DNA of 64,000 nucleotides from Paramecium tetraurelia. Taxonomy: Eukaryota. The translations under genes and the position numbers were made by a program. Under the pieces are notes generated by a model. The model was not told where the DNA came from, did not search any database, and saw only the letters and a list, made by a program, of their open reading frames with translations. The stretch spans positions 248,001 to 312,000 of the forward strand of contig CT868285.1 of the NCBI GenBank assembly GCA_000165425.1. Reading direction: 5' to 3'. Shown here piece by piece: positions 13,353 to 25,241 of this stretch. Each line of letters opens with the position of its first letter. The first letter of the stretch is position 1.

Positions 13353-16300
13353 TCTTATTATTGTTATTGTTGTTGTTGTTGTTATTATTATTACTATTCT
13401 TATTATTGTTATTGTTGTTGTTATTATTATTACTATTGTGATTGTTATTATTACTATGACGATTGGGATGCTTATTATTATTACTGTTATTATTACTATT
13501 ATTATTGTTATTATTACTATTACTATTACTACTACTATTATTATTATTATTACTATTAATCCTTATTTTCTTATTAACTTTATGTACCTTGTTTTTCAAT
13601 TTATTATTTTTCATCAGAAGTTGGATTAGTATCTTTTTGCTCACCTGAACTTGATTTATCTTAATCTTACTCATTTTCAGGTAAATCAGTAACATAATCC
13701 AAAAGATCACTCCAATTTGATATCATCAAAGATCGTTATTATTAAGGTTTTAAAATTATATCAGACTATCTAAACACTTTATCAATTGGATCATATTCAT
13801 AATATATAATTCTATCATCTAATTCTTCATAAAAGGTATCCTATTGATATTAATCTTCCACAGAATTATCTTCTTCGTTATTAATATCTGAAATATTCAA
13901 ATCAATAGAAGTATCACCGATGGCATTAAAGTTTAGTTTTTTTTATGTAGATGATTTAGTTGTGGAGGAGACTAAAGTTTCCTTGCCGTCTTCTGTTACT
14001 TCAAATGTTTCCTCAGTTTCTTCCCAATATTCTTCTCCATCCCCATTTCCTCCTTATTTAGATTTTACCTTTTTTTTTTATTATCCTGCTTTTTTATTTA
14101 CGGCCTTCAATTTCGATCCAGGCTTAGTTGATTTTTTCTATGTATTTTTTGAACTCTTTGCAAGCTTTGCAGACCTCTTTTTATATTTTTTGACAGCCTT
14201 TTTCATAATTTTCTTAATTATTTTTTTACCTCCTTTGCCATCATCAACCTCTTCATCCACTTCTACATCAATTTCTTCAGGCTCTTCCCCTTCTTATTCT
14301 TAAGAATTTTATACTTGTTAGCCTACTCTACCATCAACTGATGAACCAACTCCTTCTGTTTTTATAACCTCTCCTTCAACAGCAGGTTCATCATCATCAG
14401 GAGGAATTTCTGGAATAGGTTATTTTTCTTCAACTTTAGGCTTTTCAACTTCTGGTTCTTTTTTTGGTTTTTCCTCCTCTTCGTCTTTTTGTTCTTCTTC
14501 AGGTTTTGCTTCTTCTTTTTCTGTTTCCTCAGGAGCTTCTTAAACTTCAGGCTCAGGTTATTCTGGTACCTCTTCTTCTTCATAATTGATTGGAGTATCA
14601 TCTTCCTCTCCTTATGGACATTCATCTTCATCATAAGCATTTGGTGAGCCAGATCCAAAACCTACATCTTCAATTATCTTCTCTGGTTTGTCTTCCTTAT
14701 AATTTGGATTACCCTGGAATGGTTCTTCGTAAACTCCAGCATGGGAATTTTAATTTCCTGCAGAATTAACTGTAACATGTTAATTGTTCTAACTATGAGT
14801 TGGTTTTGCTGAAGATTCATCAGCTGAAGAAGCATCTTTATAGTTAGGATTGGATTAAAATGGTTTATCTTAGTTTGCCGATTATTGATGAGAAGTTTAT
14901 TTATCATGAATTGGATTAGATGATTCAGGTTGATCATATTTGCCAGGAGGCAATCTTGTGGAAGTTGATTTGCTTTCATCATGTATAAGATTTCCTTATA
15001 ACTTGTTTTCTTGATTTGCTGTTTATTAATGTGCTGTTTAATGATCATGAAGGGGATCAGAAGATTCTGATTAATCTGACTTTCCTGGTGGCAATCTAGT
15101 TGATTATTGTTTATTTTCCTTTTGATTTCCTTCATAATTTGGATTTGATTAGAATGGCTTATCTTGATTAGCAGCTTATTAATGAACTGATTATGTATCA
15201 TGCTAAGGATTAGAGGATTCTGGTTAATCTGATCTTCCTGGTGGCAATCTAGTTGATTATTGTTTATTTTCCTTTTAACTTCCTTCATAATTTGGATTGG
15301 ATTAAAATGGCTCATCTTAATTGGCAGCTTATTAATGAACTGATTATGTATCATGCTTAGGATCAGAAGATTCTGGCTAATCTGATCTGCCTGGTGGTAG
15401 TCTAGTAGATTATTATTTATTTTCTTTTTAACTTCCCTCATAATTTGGATTTGCTTAGAATGGCTAATCCTAATTGGCTGATTATTAATGAACTGACTAT
15501 GTATCATATTTAGGATCAGAAGATTCTAGTTAATCATATCTTCCTGGTGGTAATCTAGTTGATTGTTATTTATTTTTCTTTTGATTTCCTTCATAATTTG
15601 GATTTGATTAGAATGGCTTGTCTTGATTAGCAGCTTATTAATGAACTGATTATGTATCATGCTAAGGATTAGAAGATTCTGGTTAATCTGATCTGCCTGG
15701 TGGTAGTCTAGTAGACTATTATTTATTTTCCTTTTAACTTCCTTCATAATTTGGATTGGATTAAAATGGCTCATCTTAATTGGCAGCTTATTAATGAACT
15801 GATTATGTATCATATTTAGGATCAGAGGATTCTGGCTAATCAGATCTTCCTGGTGGCAATCTAGTTGATTATTGTTTATTTTCCTTTTGATTTCCTTCAT
15901 AATTTGGGTTGGATTAGAATGGTTTGTCTTGATTAGCAGCTTATTAATGAACAGATTATGTATCATGCTAAGGATTAGAGGATTCTGGCTAGTCTGATCT
16001 ACCTGGTGGCAATCTTGTCGACTATTATTTATTTTCCTTTTGACCTCCTTCATAATTTGGATTTGATTAAAATGGTTTGTCTTGATTAGCTGCTTATTAA
16101 TGAACTGATTGTGTATCATTCTCAGGATCAGAGGATTCTGGTTAATCTGATTTTCCTGGTGGCAATCTTGTCGATCCTTAATATTCTTTGTCATAAGACC
16201 ACCCACATTTATTTTTTTAATTTTTTAGTTGTTAAACTTTTTCTTAAAGTTCAGCGCTGCTTGAATAGCCTTAACATTCATTTAAGTAGATGTTTATTTA

Positions 16301-16834
16301 TTTTTCCATGATCTATAATTGGCCCACTATTTAGTCTCCCATCAAACTTTTTTCTTAAACATTTGTTAATGATGATAGTTTTTTCATCTATTGTAAGACA
16401 TCATCAATGTTAAATTAAGCCCATTGATTCTTTATTTCAGCCATTGAAATCTCTCTTATTGAAGCTGAAAGACTCTACGTTATTTAGATAAACATTTCTA
16501 CTTAAGTTAAATTAATGTACCTTATTATGCAGCATCTATATATTTAGCTTTATCTACTAATTTAATTATTTATTCAATAATTGTTAAATCCTTCATTAGT
16601 TGTGGCTTCCTATCAATAATATCTGACCATTTTGATAGTTCCATTATAATAAAGTCATAAAATTTCGGATCCATTTCACATGTGAACCGATTTGGACTCA
16701 GATGTATTGCTTCTTAGAATTTTAACTCTATTCTTGTTAGTTAAAAGAATACCTCTTCCTAAAGAAATCTAATTATCCAAATCAGAAGAGCTTGCGAAGA
16801 CAATAAGTAGCAAGACTAATGAAAATTTATTCAT
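6384..16834 (-). CDS. Giant secreted protein (~3,450 aa): signal peptide, helical N-domain, 51-aa repeats, acidic/basic blocks, polyQ, ten ~210-aa LamG/ConA-like domains
   Basis: ATG at 16834 (MNKFSLVLLLIVFASS); two 5' introns; frame stays open in code 6 wherever traced, to TGA at 6384. Recurring motif EY(S/G)xxxWxRW..RLT..GDRxL..FSTY..WxY(I/V)YFGY..GPG about every 640 bp from ~12780 to ~6450. Confidence 0.85.
13245..13558 (-). repeat. (TAA/TAG/CAA)n microsatellite encoding a ~100-residue Gln-rich tract
   Basis: Plus strand (tta)n, including 27 uninterrupted copies at 13268-13348, interspersed with cta/ttg triplets; in frame with the giant CDS. Confidence 0.9.
14830..16174 (-). repeat. 153-bp coding tandem repeat (51 aa; 7 full copies plus ~2 degenerate)
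   Basis: cctggtgg anchor at 15084, 15237, 15390, 15543, 15696, 15849, 16002, 16155 (period exactly 153). Unit TRLPPGRSDQPESSNPQHDTQSVHQQAANQDKPFQSNPNYEGNQKENKQQS. Confidence 0.95.
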
Positions 16835-18638
16835 AATAAATATTATAATCCGTTTTTATTTATAATTGAAATACTTGCTTAATACCTATTGTGAAAATAA
16901 GCTTCATGCCATATTTTATAATCATGTTTTGCAGAAAAAAAAGAATTGCGAATCAATATTACCATGCTAGAAAAGGCTTTAAGCTATATAGATGTTTATT
17001 AATTTAGTAAAATTTAGAATACAATTTTTATAGGACTTAGATCTACATATCGATCCAAAATACTCATAAGTAGTAAGACTAAACAACTTATTTAAGGTTC
17101 TGACAATATTTATTAGATTTAGAATTCTCTATCTAATTAGTATTATATTACTTAAAATTAGAAAAATAGAAAATTTAATAAAAAATTCTACAATTTTTAT
17201 TAAGGTTTTCTCCTTAACTTATTATGGAAGCTTAAAATATTGGAGATGATAAAATGGTGAAGGCTTTGTTGGCTTTAGAACTGTTATCCCTTATCTATAT
17301 AAGGCAATTAATTTTTCTATCTTCTATTTATAATTATCTGACATAGTTTATTAAAGGATGTGTAGATTTCTAGAAAATCTGTTTTTGGTTGATTAAAACG
17401 AAAATCAGTTTCGAGCAATACAATTTTTGAATCAATGGCAAATTTTTATGAAGATTTATACATGGTTCCCTCTTTTACTATTTGTGATGTAATTATTGTT
17501 TTCCCTCAAAGTCAATATCAAATTACTAGATACCATAGAATTAATTAAAAGTTAATTAATTGTTGCTCTTAATAGGCTAAGCCTTTAGCCACACTCAAAT
17601 TCTTTTAATCTATTGCTCCCCTTTCTTTGATATTAGCTCCTATTTTCAAATAATAAAGGTTGTAATTATAAAATGATAATTGTTGATATTTAACAATTAG
17701 GATAAGAGCAATTGCACAATTAAATGTTTACTTTTTTAAGTTTCTCTTGATGGTGTTTTTGTCTTTTGTATTGGGAGTTTATTTTGAATTCTTTTCGGAT
17801 GTGGTTATAAATCAACTTTAAAAAATTAAGTGTTTATTTTATTTCATTTAATTAATTAATGTAACTAAAGAAATTCTTTCTTACTTCTGCACTTGGCTTA
17901 CATAATTTATATGAATGCTAAGATACTCTTGAGAATAAATTAATTGACAAAGAAATAATTTAATATTTTAACGAAAATGGGTAATTTTATAATTAAATTT
18001 AATGATTGAGAAATCTATCCAAGAAAATTGAATAAACCATGGTTTGAATATGATTCACATCGAATCAATTATTGATAACGGCTTATTTGATATAGCTTTA
18101 AAATTATGTGTTTTGAAAAATAAATTTTAATTAACTTTAAAACTTATTCGGTTATCAGATATCAAATTTAAAGAAATTCTCAGTTTATTGAGAAAAGTCG
18201 TTAAGAGCTCGTTTCTTTAAGAGTAATCTATTGAGAGGTTTGCGAAAATATTGATGAAATTAATTTGAATGAAATACTGAAAAAGAGCTGCCTTTGAAAC
18301 ATATGATTTAGTGAATTTTTAATAATTTTATAAATTATTATTTATCACAAATGAGCAAGACTTATAATATTTTATATTAAGATAAGCTTCTCAATAAAAA
18401 ATAGTGTAAATTAATTATCCTATAAGATTATGAATTATTACTTAGGATAGAAATATAAAAGTAAATATTTTAATAAATTGACTTGTTTTTGAAATAAAAT
18501 TTTATTCAAATTTTTGAATAGATTGCTTGAGCTTTTCAAAAAGTTCATCTTTAAAGGCTTTTTTATTAATAGCCAATTTGAATATATGATAGTCGTTTTG
18601 TTAATATAATTTCTCTCTATTTTTCCATTATTATTTTA

Positions 18639-19715
18639 ATGAAAATAGTGTTGCTTATAGTATTAATTACTATTACATACACTGCCAAAGTAACTGTTGA
18701 AATCACAACTTATTTGAAAAAGCGTACCATTAGAAGTCACACTTTTATTTGGTCTAACTTCACTTAATGTTTTAAGGACCAGTACAAGAATAGGTGGATT
18801 CTATTAATGAACATAACAATGATTTATAAGATGATGTAAATGAATTAGAATTGAACCTTAAGGAAAATAATTGCACGCAGAACATCAGTTATCGGACTTG
18901 AATAAGATATTAAGATGCAAATATTTGTTAAGACAATAAATAAAAATTAAGACATAAACACGCATAAAGTACTTTGAACAACTTAGATTACTCGGGAAGA
19001 GAATAACTTAATGATAGAATATATTAAAACTCAAGAGTACTAAGAGTCAAATAAAATCTATGATAATCGGTTTCTAAAATACAATAAGAACAAGAATTTA
19101 AGTTGTAAAAATAATTATTACAACAGCTGTAGAAAATTATCTTATTCTTCATTATCGCTTTCAATCTACTCATTTTCTAAATCAGGTGATCAAAATTCAT
19201 TGAAAAATAATGATCATAGCTTAAATCTATCTATGCTATTATGATCAAAGCTCTAACTAATTTGATTTTCAAGTAAAATTCTCTGATTAAGTAATCTTAT
19301 GCTAAATTGTCGGTGCTAATAATGATTTCACGAAAGCAATAATAATTCAATAAAGCTAGATGCTAATGTTTAAGCTGATCATTAAGAGTAATCTTGAATA
19401 ATTAGATGCTAAATTTGCTGAATTCAATAGATAACACAATAAATTTAATGTTGACTTGACTGTATAGAGTGAGACTTTAATAAGACCTAAATGAAATAAG
19501 AAGGACAGATTAATTAAGTTAATTTAGAGACGATATAGAAGTTGATGAAAACTATAGACAGCAAAACTTGAATTAGAAAATATAATATATACAGAAAAGC
19601 CATATCCACAATATTTTAAAGAATGCACTCACTAGAGGGATTAGAATTAAAGAATAAACTTTAGCTGTATTCAAAAGCGACGATCTTACCAATACCCATT
19701 AGTCACATATATTTT
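18639..19715 (+). pseudogene. Decayed trichocyst matrix protein (T1-like) gene
   Basis: Signal-like start MKIVLLIVLITITYTAKV. Frameshifted fragments GPVQEQVDSINEHNNDLQDDVNELELN, RTSVIGLEQDI, LDAKFAEFNRQHNKFNVDLTV and AKLELEN line up in order with T1-type TMP heptad segments. Several frameshifts and TGA stops. Confidence 0.55.
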
Positions 19716-20642
19716 TACATATCTTATCTTAAAATAAATTCTTTTTTAGTTGAACATACCTAACTATATAAAGTTGATAATCATAGTTTTGAATTAATTT
19801 TGATGACTTTACAGCTCTACACTGTTAGCTTATTTCGATGTTTCTCTTAAACAGGACTCAATTCTAAATCTGATAAAGGTTCTACTGGACTATCCTTGGG
19901 GCTATCCTGTTTAAAAATATTATTACTGAATTCGAGGTGAATCTGGCTCTTTATTATAATAGTTTAAGTATTCTTAATAAGTCATGGCCGATTGTTGCCT
20001 TAATCTAATATCCATATTTCGTTTTTTATTAATAATTATGAACTTTTTATAATGAATGCTATTAAATATTCTAAACCTGTAGTACTATTATAATATTAAA
20101 GATTTAATTGATAATTTGAATTCACAACTACTTAATCACTTTATTTGATTTGAATACTACTTCTAAAGAGTATATAATTTAAGAATAATTTATGAAATAT
20201 AAGTTCTATATATGAATAAATAGAAATCAATTGAGCCATTCGAAAATTTGATCAAAGTTATTGATCTGGCTTCAATAACCGCTATTATATTTAAAAAATG
20301 CTAATTTAAACTAACATAAATCATATCCAAATTTTGCAAAGAGCACTTAGATTAAATACGCACAATAAGGCAAACCAACAAATGATTACAATTGATTCTT
20401 GCTTTAGTTTATTAGAAGAACAGTATTGAATTAATTTGCTAGAGATTTTTGAATAAATAAATATATTTTTATTAATTTTTTAGGAAATAAAATATAATAT
20501 TATTTTATATATTCTCACAATAAAATTTATGAATTGTTTTGCTTAAATATAATTTTAGTATAAACAATCAAGACAAAAGGCCATGTGTGTAAAGGCTATA
20601 CAGATAATGATATCATAAATCAAATAAAAATATTAATAAATT

Positions 20643-21483
20643 ATGATTTAAAAAATTGATCAATTCTTGATTGAATTATAAGAAGAGACAAGTAATAATA
20701 TTACTCTAGGCAACGCTCTTATTCTATTTCGGAAAGGTGCTCATTCAAATTCTCATTTTGAATAAGCGGAATGCTACACTAAGACCATCATTCTACTAAA
20801 TTCATTGGGAAAGGTGAGCAAGAACATAGAAAAATTTATTGAAAAATGTTAGCAATGTTTGGATTTATGCTAATTGAATCCTTATCGATTGAACGATTGC
20901 AAGCCGGCACTCAACGAGTCTCTTGAACAAATTCATCACATTGATAAGTTAGAAGAGAAGGTGATTATCATACAATATAATAGGTGAGTTTTCTAATTAA
21001 AAGATGGAATGTTTTGCTTGTAAAAGGGGGACTCATTACCTAATATGTAATGTTTAAGCCCAAAATATTTAATTCAGAACCTGAGCATAAATATAAGGCA
21101 GCTCTATTCAAAAATGCTGTTGCTGCAATCGATAAAGTGTGTCATATTTATATCTATAGATGACTGTGTTATATAGATTTACACCTGAGGCAGAAATAGC
21201 ATCGTTATCTTTGGAGCTAAAGGAATAGTTCATGGTGGTATACAAGGATTACTTAAAGCAAAAAAGCAAGGCGAATGATGATTTATTGTACTGGCTCTAG
21301 ATGTTTTTTAAGAGTGCGTCTTCTTTAAATGAATTAATAATAGAAAGAAGCTCGAGGATTGATAAACAAACAAAATTATAGATTTATACTTATTTACAAA
21401 AATTAATGGAAATATGTTTATTAGAAATTATATAATAAATTAAGAATAATCTTAAAAAGATAAAAGTATCTCAGATATCATGA
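20643..21483 (+). CDS. Hypothetical alpha-helical protein (~265 aa)
   Basis: ATG 20643 (MIQKIDQFLIELQEE); two 23-nt introns keep the frame open to TGA 21481-21483. Confidence 0.7.
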
Positions 21484-21744
21484 ATATATAATTGATTATA
21501 AAGATATATAGATAAATTTTAAATGCATGATTAGATCATTCTCAAAATCTGAAATCACCAAAACCAAATATAACTAATCGGTTTTTATACATTGAATTAG
21601 GATATTATACAATTTTTATATTATTTTTTAATATTTCATATTATATCATTATTATACAAAATTGCTCGTGTAAAATTTGCGTATTATTTTTATCATCATA
21701 ACCAACCAAAATAAATCCTTTGTAATTAATAATAAATAGTAAAT

Positions 21745-22715
21745 ATGATCCGATTATAAGTCCATTATAAGACTGAATTTGGTCAGGCCTTGTATGTTTC
21801 TGGTAAATCGAAATATATGGGACAATGGAATCCAGAACAAGCAATTCGAATGACTTGGACTCAGGTATATATTTTTTTCATATTTAGAACGATATTTGGA
21901 CGGTTGAAGTTGCTTATCATATGATGGAATATAAATATTTTATTTCCCAGTATGATAAAGTTTAAAAAATATAATGGGAATCAGGGCCTAACAGAGTTAC
22001 TAATAAGAATTCAAATGACGTGTGGAACCACAGAAAAATATGTTTTCAATGTGTAAACCCACAGAATTTCGATATTTACATTTCTGGGTCCTCGATTTCA
22101 ATGGGTCAATTTTAAAGAAGAGTTCGAATGAAAAATAAGGATGGAATATCATAATCAAAATTTCTTACCAACATTAATGACTCTTAAATTCAATATTAAT
22201 ACCACATCATAACCAAGAGTGAGTTTTCTAGTCCAGTTTATAAAGCTGATTTAAATTGTCAATGTAAACAGTAGCAATATCTAATTTTAGTATAATACCA
22301 TAAAGATGCTCTACTCATTTTCTCTGACGGACTTGCTAAACTAAAACAGATGGTATTTTAGCTAAATAAAAATATCTGTTATGGTTATGTCCCTTTGGAA
22401 TTGGAAGATTATTAAGCTTTAAAAAAAGCGAACTTAAAAACTATTATTGAATTTTGTAATATGAGAGAATAGAGTCTACTTGAATAGCAAACAAAATATG
22501 AAGACATAGTGCATTTGGTAGTCAATCTCTATCATTTCAAATAAGAAAACTTCACAAAGAGGTTACTCTAACTGATTCAAGTTTTAATTCAAAAATATTA
22601 AGTAAATAATTAAATTTATAATTACTAGTTACTTTATATTTGCAATAACTCTCTCACTCATTTAAGAAAGTATCTATCTGCCTATGAGAAGCTCTCTTTC
22701 AGTCCTTAAAAATGA
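21745..22715 (+). CDS. CBM20 carbohydrate-binding protein with laforin-like, catalytically degenerate DSP domain
   Basis: CBM20: HYKTEFGQALYVSG...MGQWNPEQAIRMTW..NDIW...EYKY...WESGPNR. Second degenerate CBM20 (IYISGSSISMGQF). DSP-like QLNKNICYGYVP...LKKANLKTIIEF; P-loop position reads LYICNNSLTHL. Three introns. Confidence 0.75.
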
Positions 22716-22773
22716 AGGAATAATTAATTTTAATGATATTACTTTAAATAATCACAAAAATTATAAATCATTT

Positions 22774-24941
22774 TCATCCAATGAAAGTAGTTTGCTTATA
22801 ATTCCAATACTAAGAGTTCATATCCACCCAATTATTTAGATCCTTGTTGATTTGATCGCCTTCATTATAATTCAACAAAATCTCTTGTTATGGAGAAATT
22901 TCTGTAAGAGCATAAATTGCTAGTTGAAATTTTCCTAAAATGAAATTATTATAGTACCTGAAGAAAATATCTGTCTCGTTTTACAATTCATTAAATTTTA
23001 ACTATTATGATTAATAAATCTGCTTTCATTTCCACAAAACCTACTTTCCAATGAATATTTATCTTCATTTAATTAATAGTTATAAAATGTAAATGTATCA
23101 TCAAATTAATCTCGAATTTCGTCTTCATCATCAATAAGTACTTCTCCAATATATAAAATTATTAATTCATCCTTCATTATATAATTTCTTGCGAATACAC
23201 CAAGCCCATTACAAACGCCAGATCTTCCCAATAAAGTAGGTTACACATTGTTAATTAAAATCTGAATATTGGAACAAACAAAGTTTGAGTCAACTTTGCA
23301 GCATTTGCATATTAAAGGATCACATTCCACATTGTCGATTCTACAAGAGCATTTACTATCAATTGAACATCTCTCTTTGCATGTACATCCTTACAGCTTT
23401 TTAGTACAGCAACCTTATTAACAATCACAGTATTTCGAACAAAATTAATCACAATTGCAATTTTGACATTTGAAATCCTATTTATGAGAACATGGAATAT
23501 ATAAATTTGCATTATTAAATGGATAATTAACTAGAGCCTCTTAATCTTGATTTTCTTGTATTTATTTTAGTGTTTATAAGTACTCTTCTTTAATTTCCTT
23601 GTATCGATATCTTGCTTGTATAAAAATGGACAAACAATCCTAATTATAGATTTAAGTTAATAAGCATGGATCCCTATCAATTTTTATTGGTTAATATTCT
23701 TCAATCAATTAACTATTACTAGATTTCTTTCTTAATAACTCAAAATTGTTTTAGTTTTTGTAACATCCTTCACCACAACTTCTCTATACATTAGCTTTTA
23801 AAATATCATAGTACCAAGCAGGTTTTCTAGAGGGACCCTTATAATTTACAATGCTGCAAAATTCCAATAGGTTTCTTATTTAAGCCAAATTGTTAATGAA
23901 TGTGCAGGTACACGAATTTAGGTACTACGAGCATGAATTGCAAATAAATGCTAAGTCTTTTTCTATATATCTATTTGTTCTAAATGATTTAAATGATAGA
24001 TTCTAAATTGCGGTTAAATCAAATTGTTAAATGAAATTAATTTTTTAGAATATTGTTTGCTTTATATGAGAAAACTATTTGTTTTATAGTTGTAAGTAGA
24101 TCTGAATTAATGATTTTATATTTATTTCTATGGTTACATTCTTTTTAATTAATTATTGTTAGAGGTAGGCAAATATTTCATTTAAAGTTAATTTTGAAAT
24201 ATTCTTATTTTCAATTAAATATAAATATAAAGAATAAATTTAAACTAGAATTTAATTATAATAATCTTACTAAAGTCCAATTGATTTTGGGCATATTTCT
24301 TATTAAGCAGAATCATTTAATCGATACCTACTTAAGATCTCCATAATTCTTTGTTGACTTTAAGAATGTCAAGTTTATATTTTTCTCTTAATTCTGAAGT
24401 AAAGTTGTACTTAAAATTTAGATCTTGTGTTTCTTATCTCTATTTTAGATACACATTTATACTTTAATATTTTGATCTATTTTTAAATAATTTGTATATT
24501 AATGTATTAATTATGGCGCAATATTGTGAATAATAACTTAATTTTCATTTGTCTGAAATCCAGCCTATTAATCGGAGAAGTATAATTAATTGACATCTTT
24601 TTATTAAATACTCAAATTGGTGTTCCATTATGCTTTTGGATATTTGATTAGTTTAACATTTCTACGATTCACTTTTAAAAACTAATCATAAAGTTAAATT
24701 TTACATTATCAATTTGTGGTTTTAAGAATATTTTCATCTTTGAAGCTATTTATTCAAGAGTACTATTGTCCTCTATTTAAATCTAGAATAGATCCTCTAT
24801 ATTAACAGAGCAACTCTACTTAAGATTATAGTTCCAAAATGAATCAAGTTCTTCCATTTTTACATCAGTTGAAGAAATGCATTGTAAATTTTATTATTCG
24901 CTTTAAATGCGCAACTTTTTTGTTTCCTAATCCCTATCCAT
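22774..24941 (-). CDS. EZL: Enhancer of zeste-like SET-domain histone methyltransferase (paralog not resolved), ~690 aa
   Basis: MCSS-like CNSC...CGEGCY; SANT2-like DPCLL..DCLSIF; CXC region PCSH..CQNCNC..CSKYCDC..GCTC..CSC..ECDPLICKCC..CSN; SET motifs GLGVFA, LYIGE, GNESRFINH, EILLNY; about four introns. Confidence 0.9.
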
Positions 24942-25241
24942 TCAAAAAATTAGTTTGAAAATTTTAATATTTTGTCTAATATTTAGAGAATTTAGTTTTT
25001 AGTTTAAAATATTTAGAGTTTCTATTGTTTATAATTAATTATATAATAAAAAATTAAGCATTAGTAATATGAATCAATTTTTTTATTTATAACTAATTTA
25101 ATTAATTACTGATTTTACTAGTGTTTAAAATTCATTTTTATTTCTTGTTACCATATTTAAATAATGGTTTATGATGATATTTGATTGAATTTGCATAATT
25201 ATAGAGCAAACATTTATGAAAATATCAGTATTTATTATTTC

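Noticed and set aside
13058..13710. Poly-Asn, poly-Ile and poly-Leu ORFs in the supplied track
   Set aside because: They are alternative frames and strands of the (TAA)n tract; only the Gln frame is continuous with the flanking coding sequence.
14830..16174. CRISPR-like array
   Set aside because: The whole 153-bp unit repeats with no unique spacers, it is in-frame coding, there are no cas genes, and the context is eukaryotic.
14674..16206. 277-aa and 226-aa ORFs (MIHNQFINK repeats) as real proteins
   Set aside because: They are a shifted frame of the 153-bp array, open under the standard code only because the TAA/TAG codons lie in the true frame.
6384..16834. Classical Paramecium surface (immobilisation) antigen
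   Set aside because: No periodic Cys repeats and no hydrophobic GPI-signal tail.
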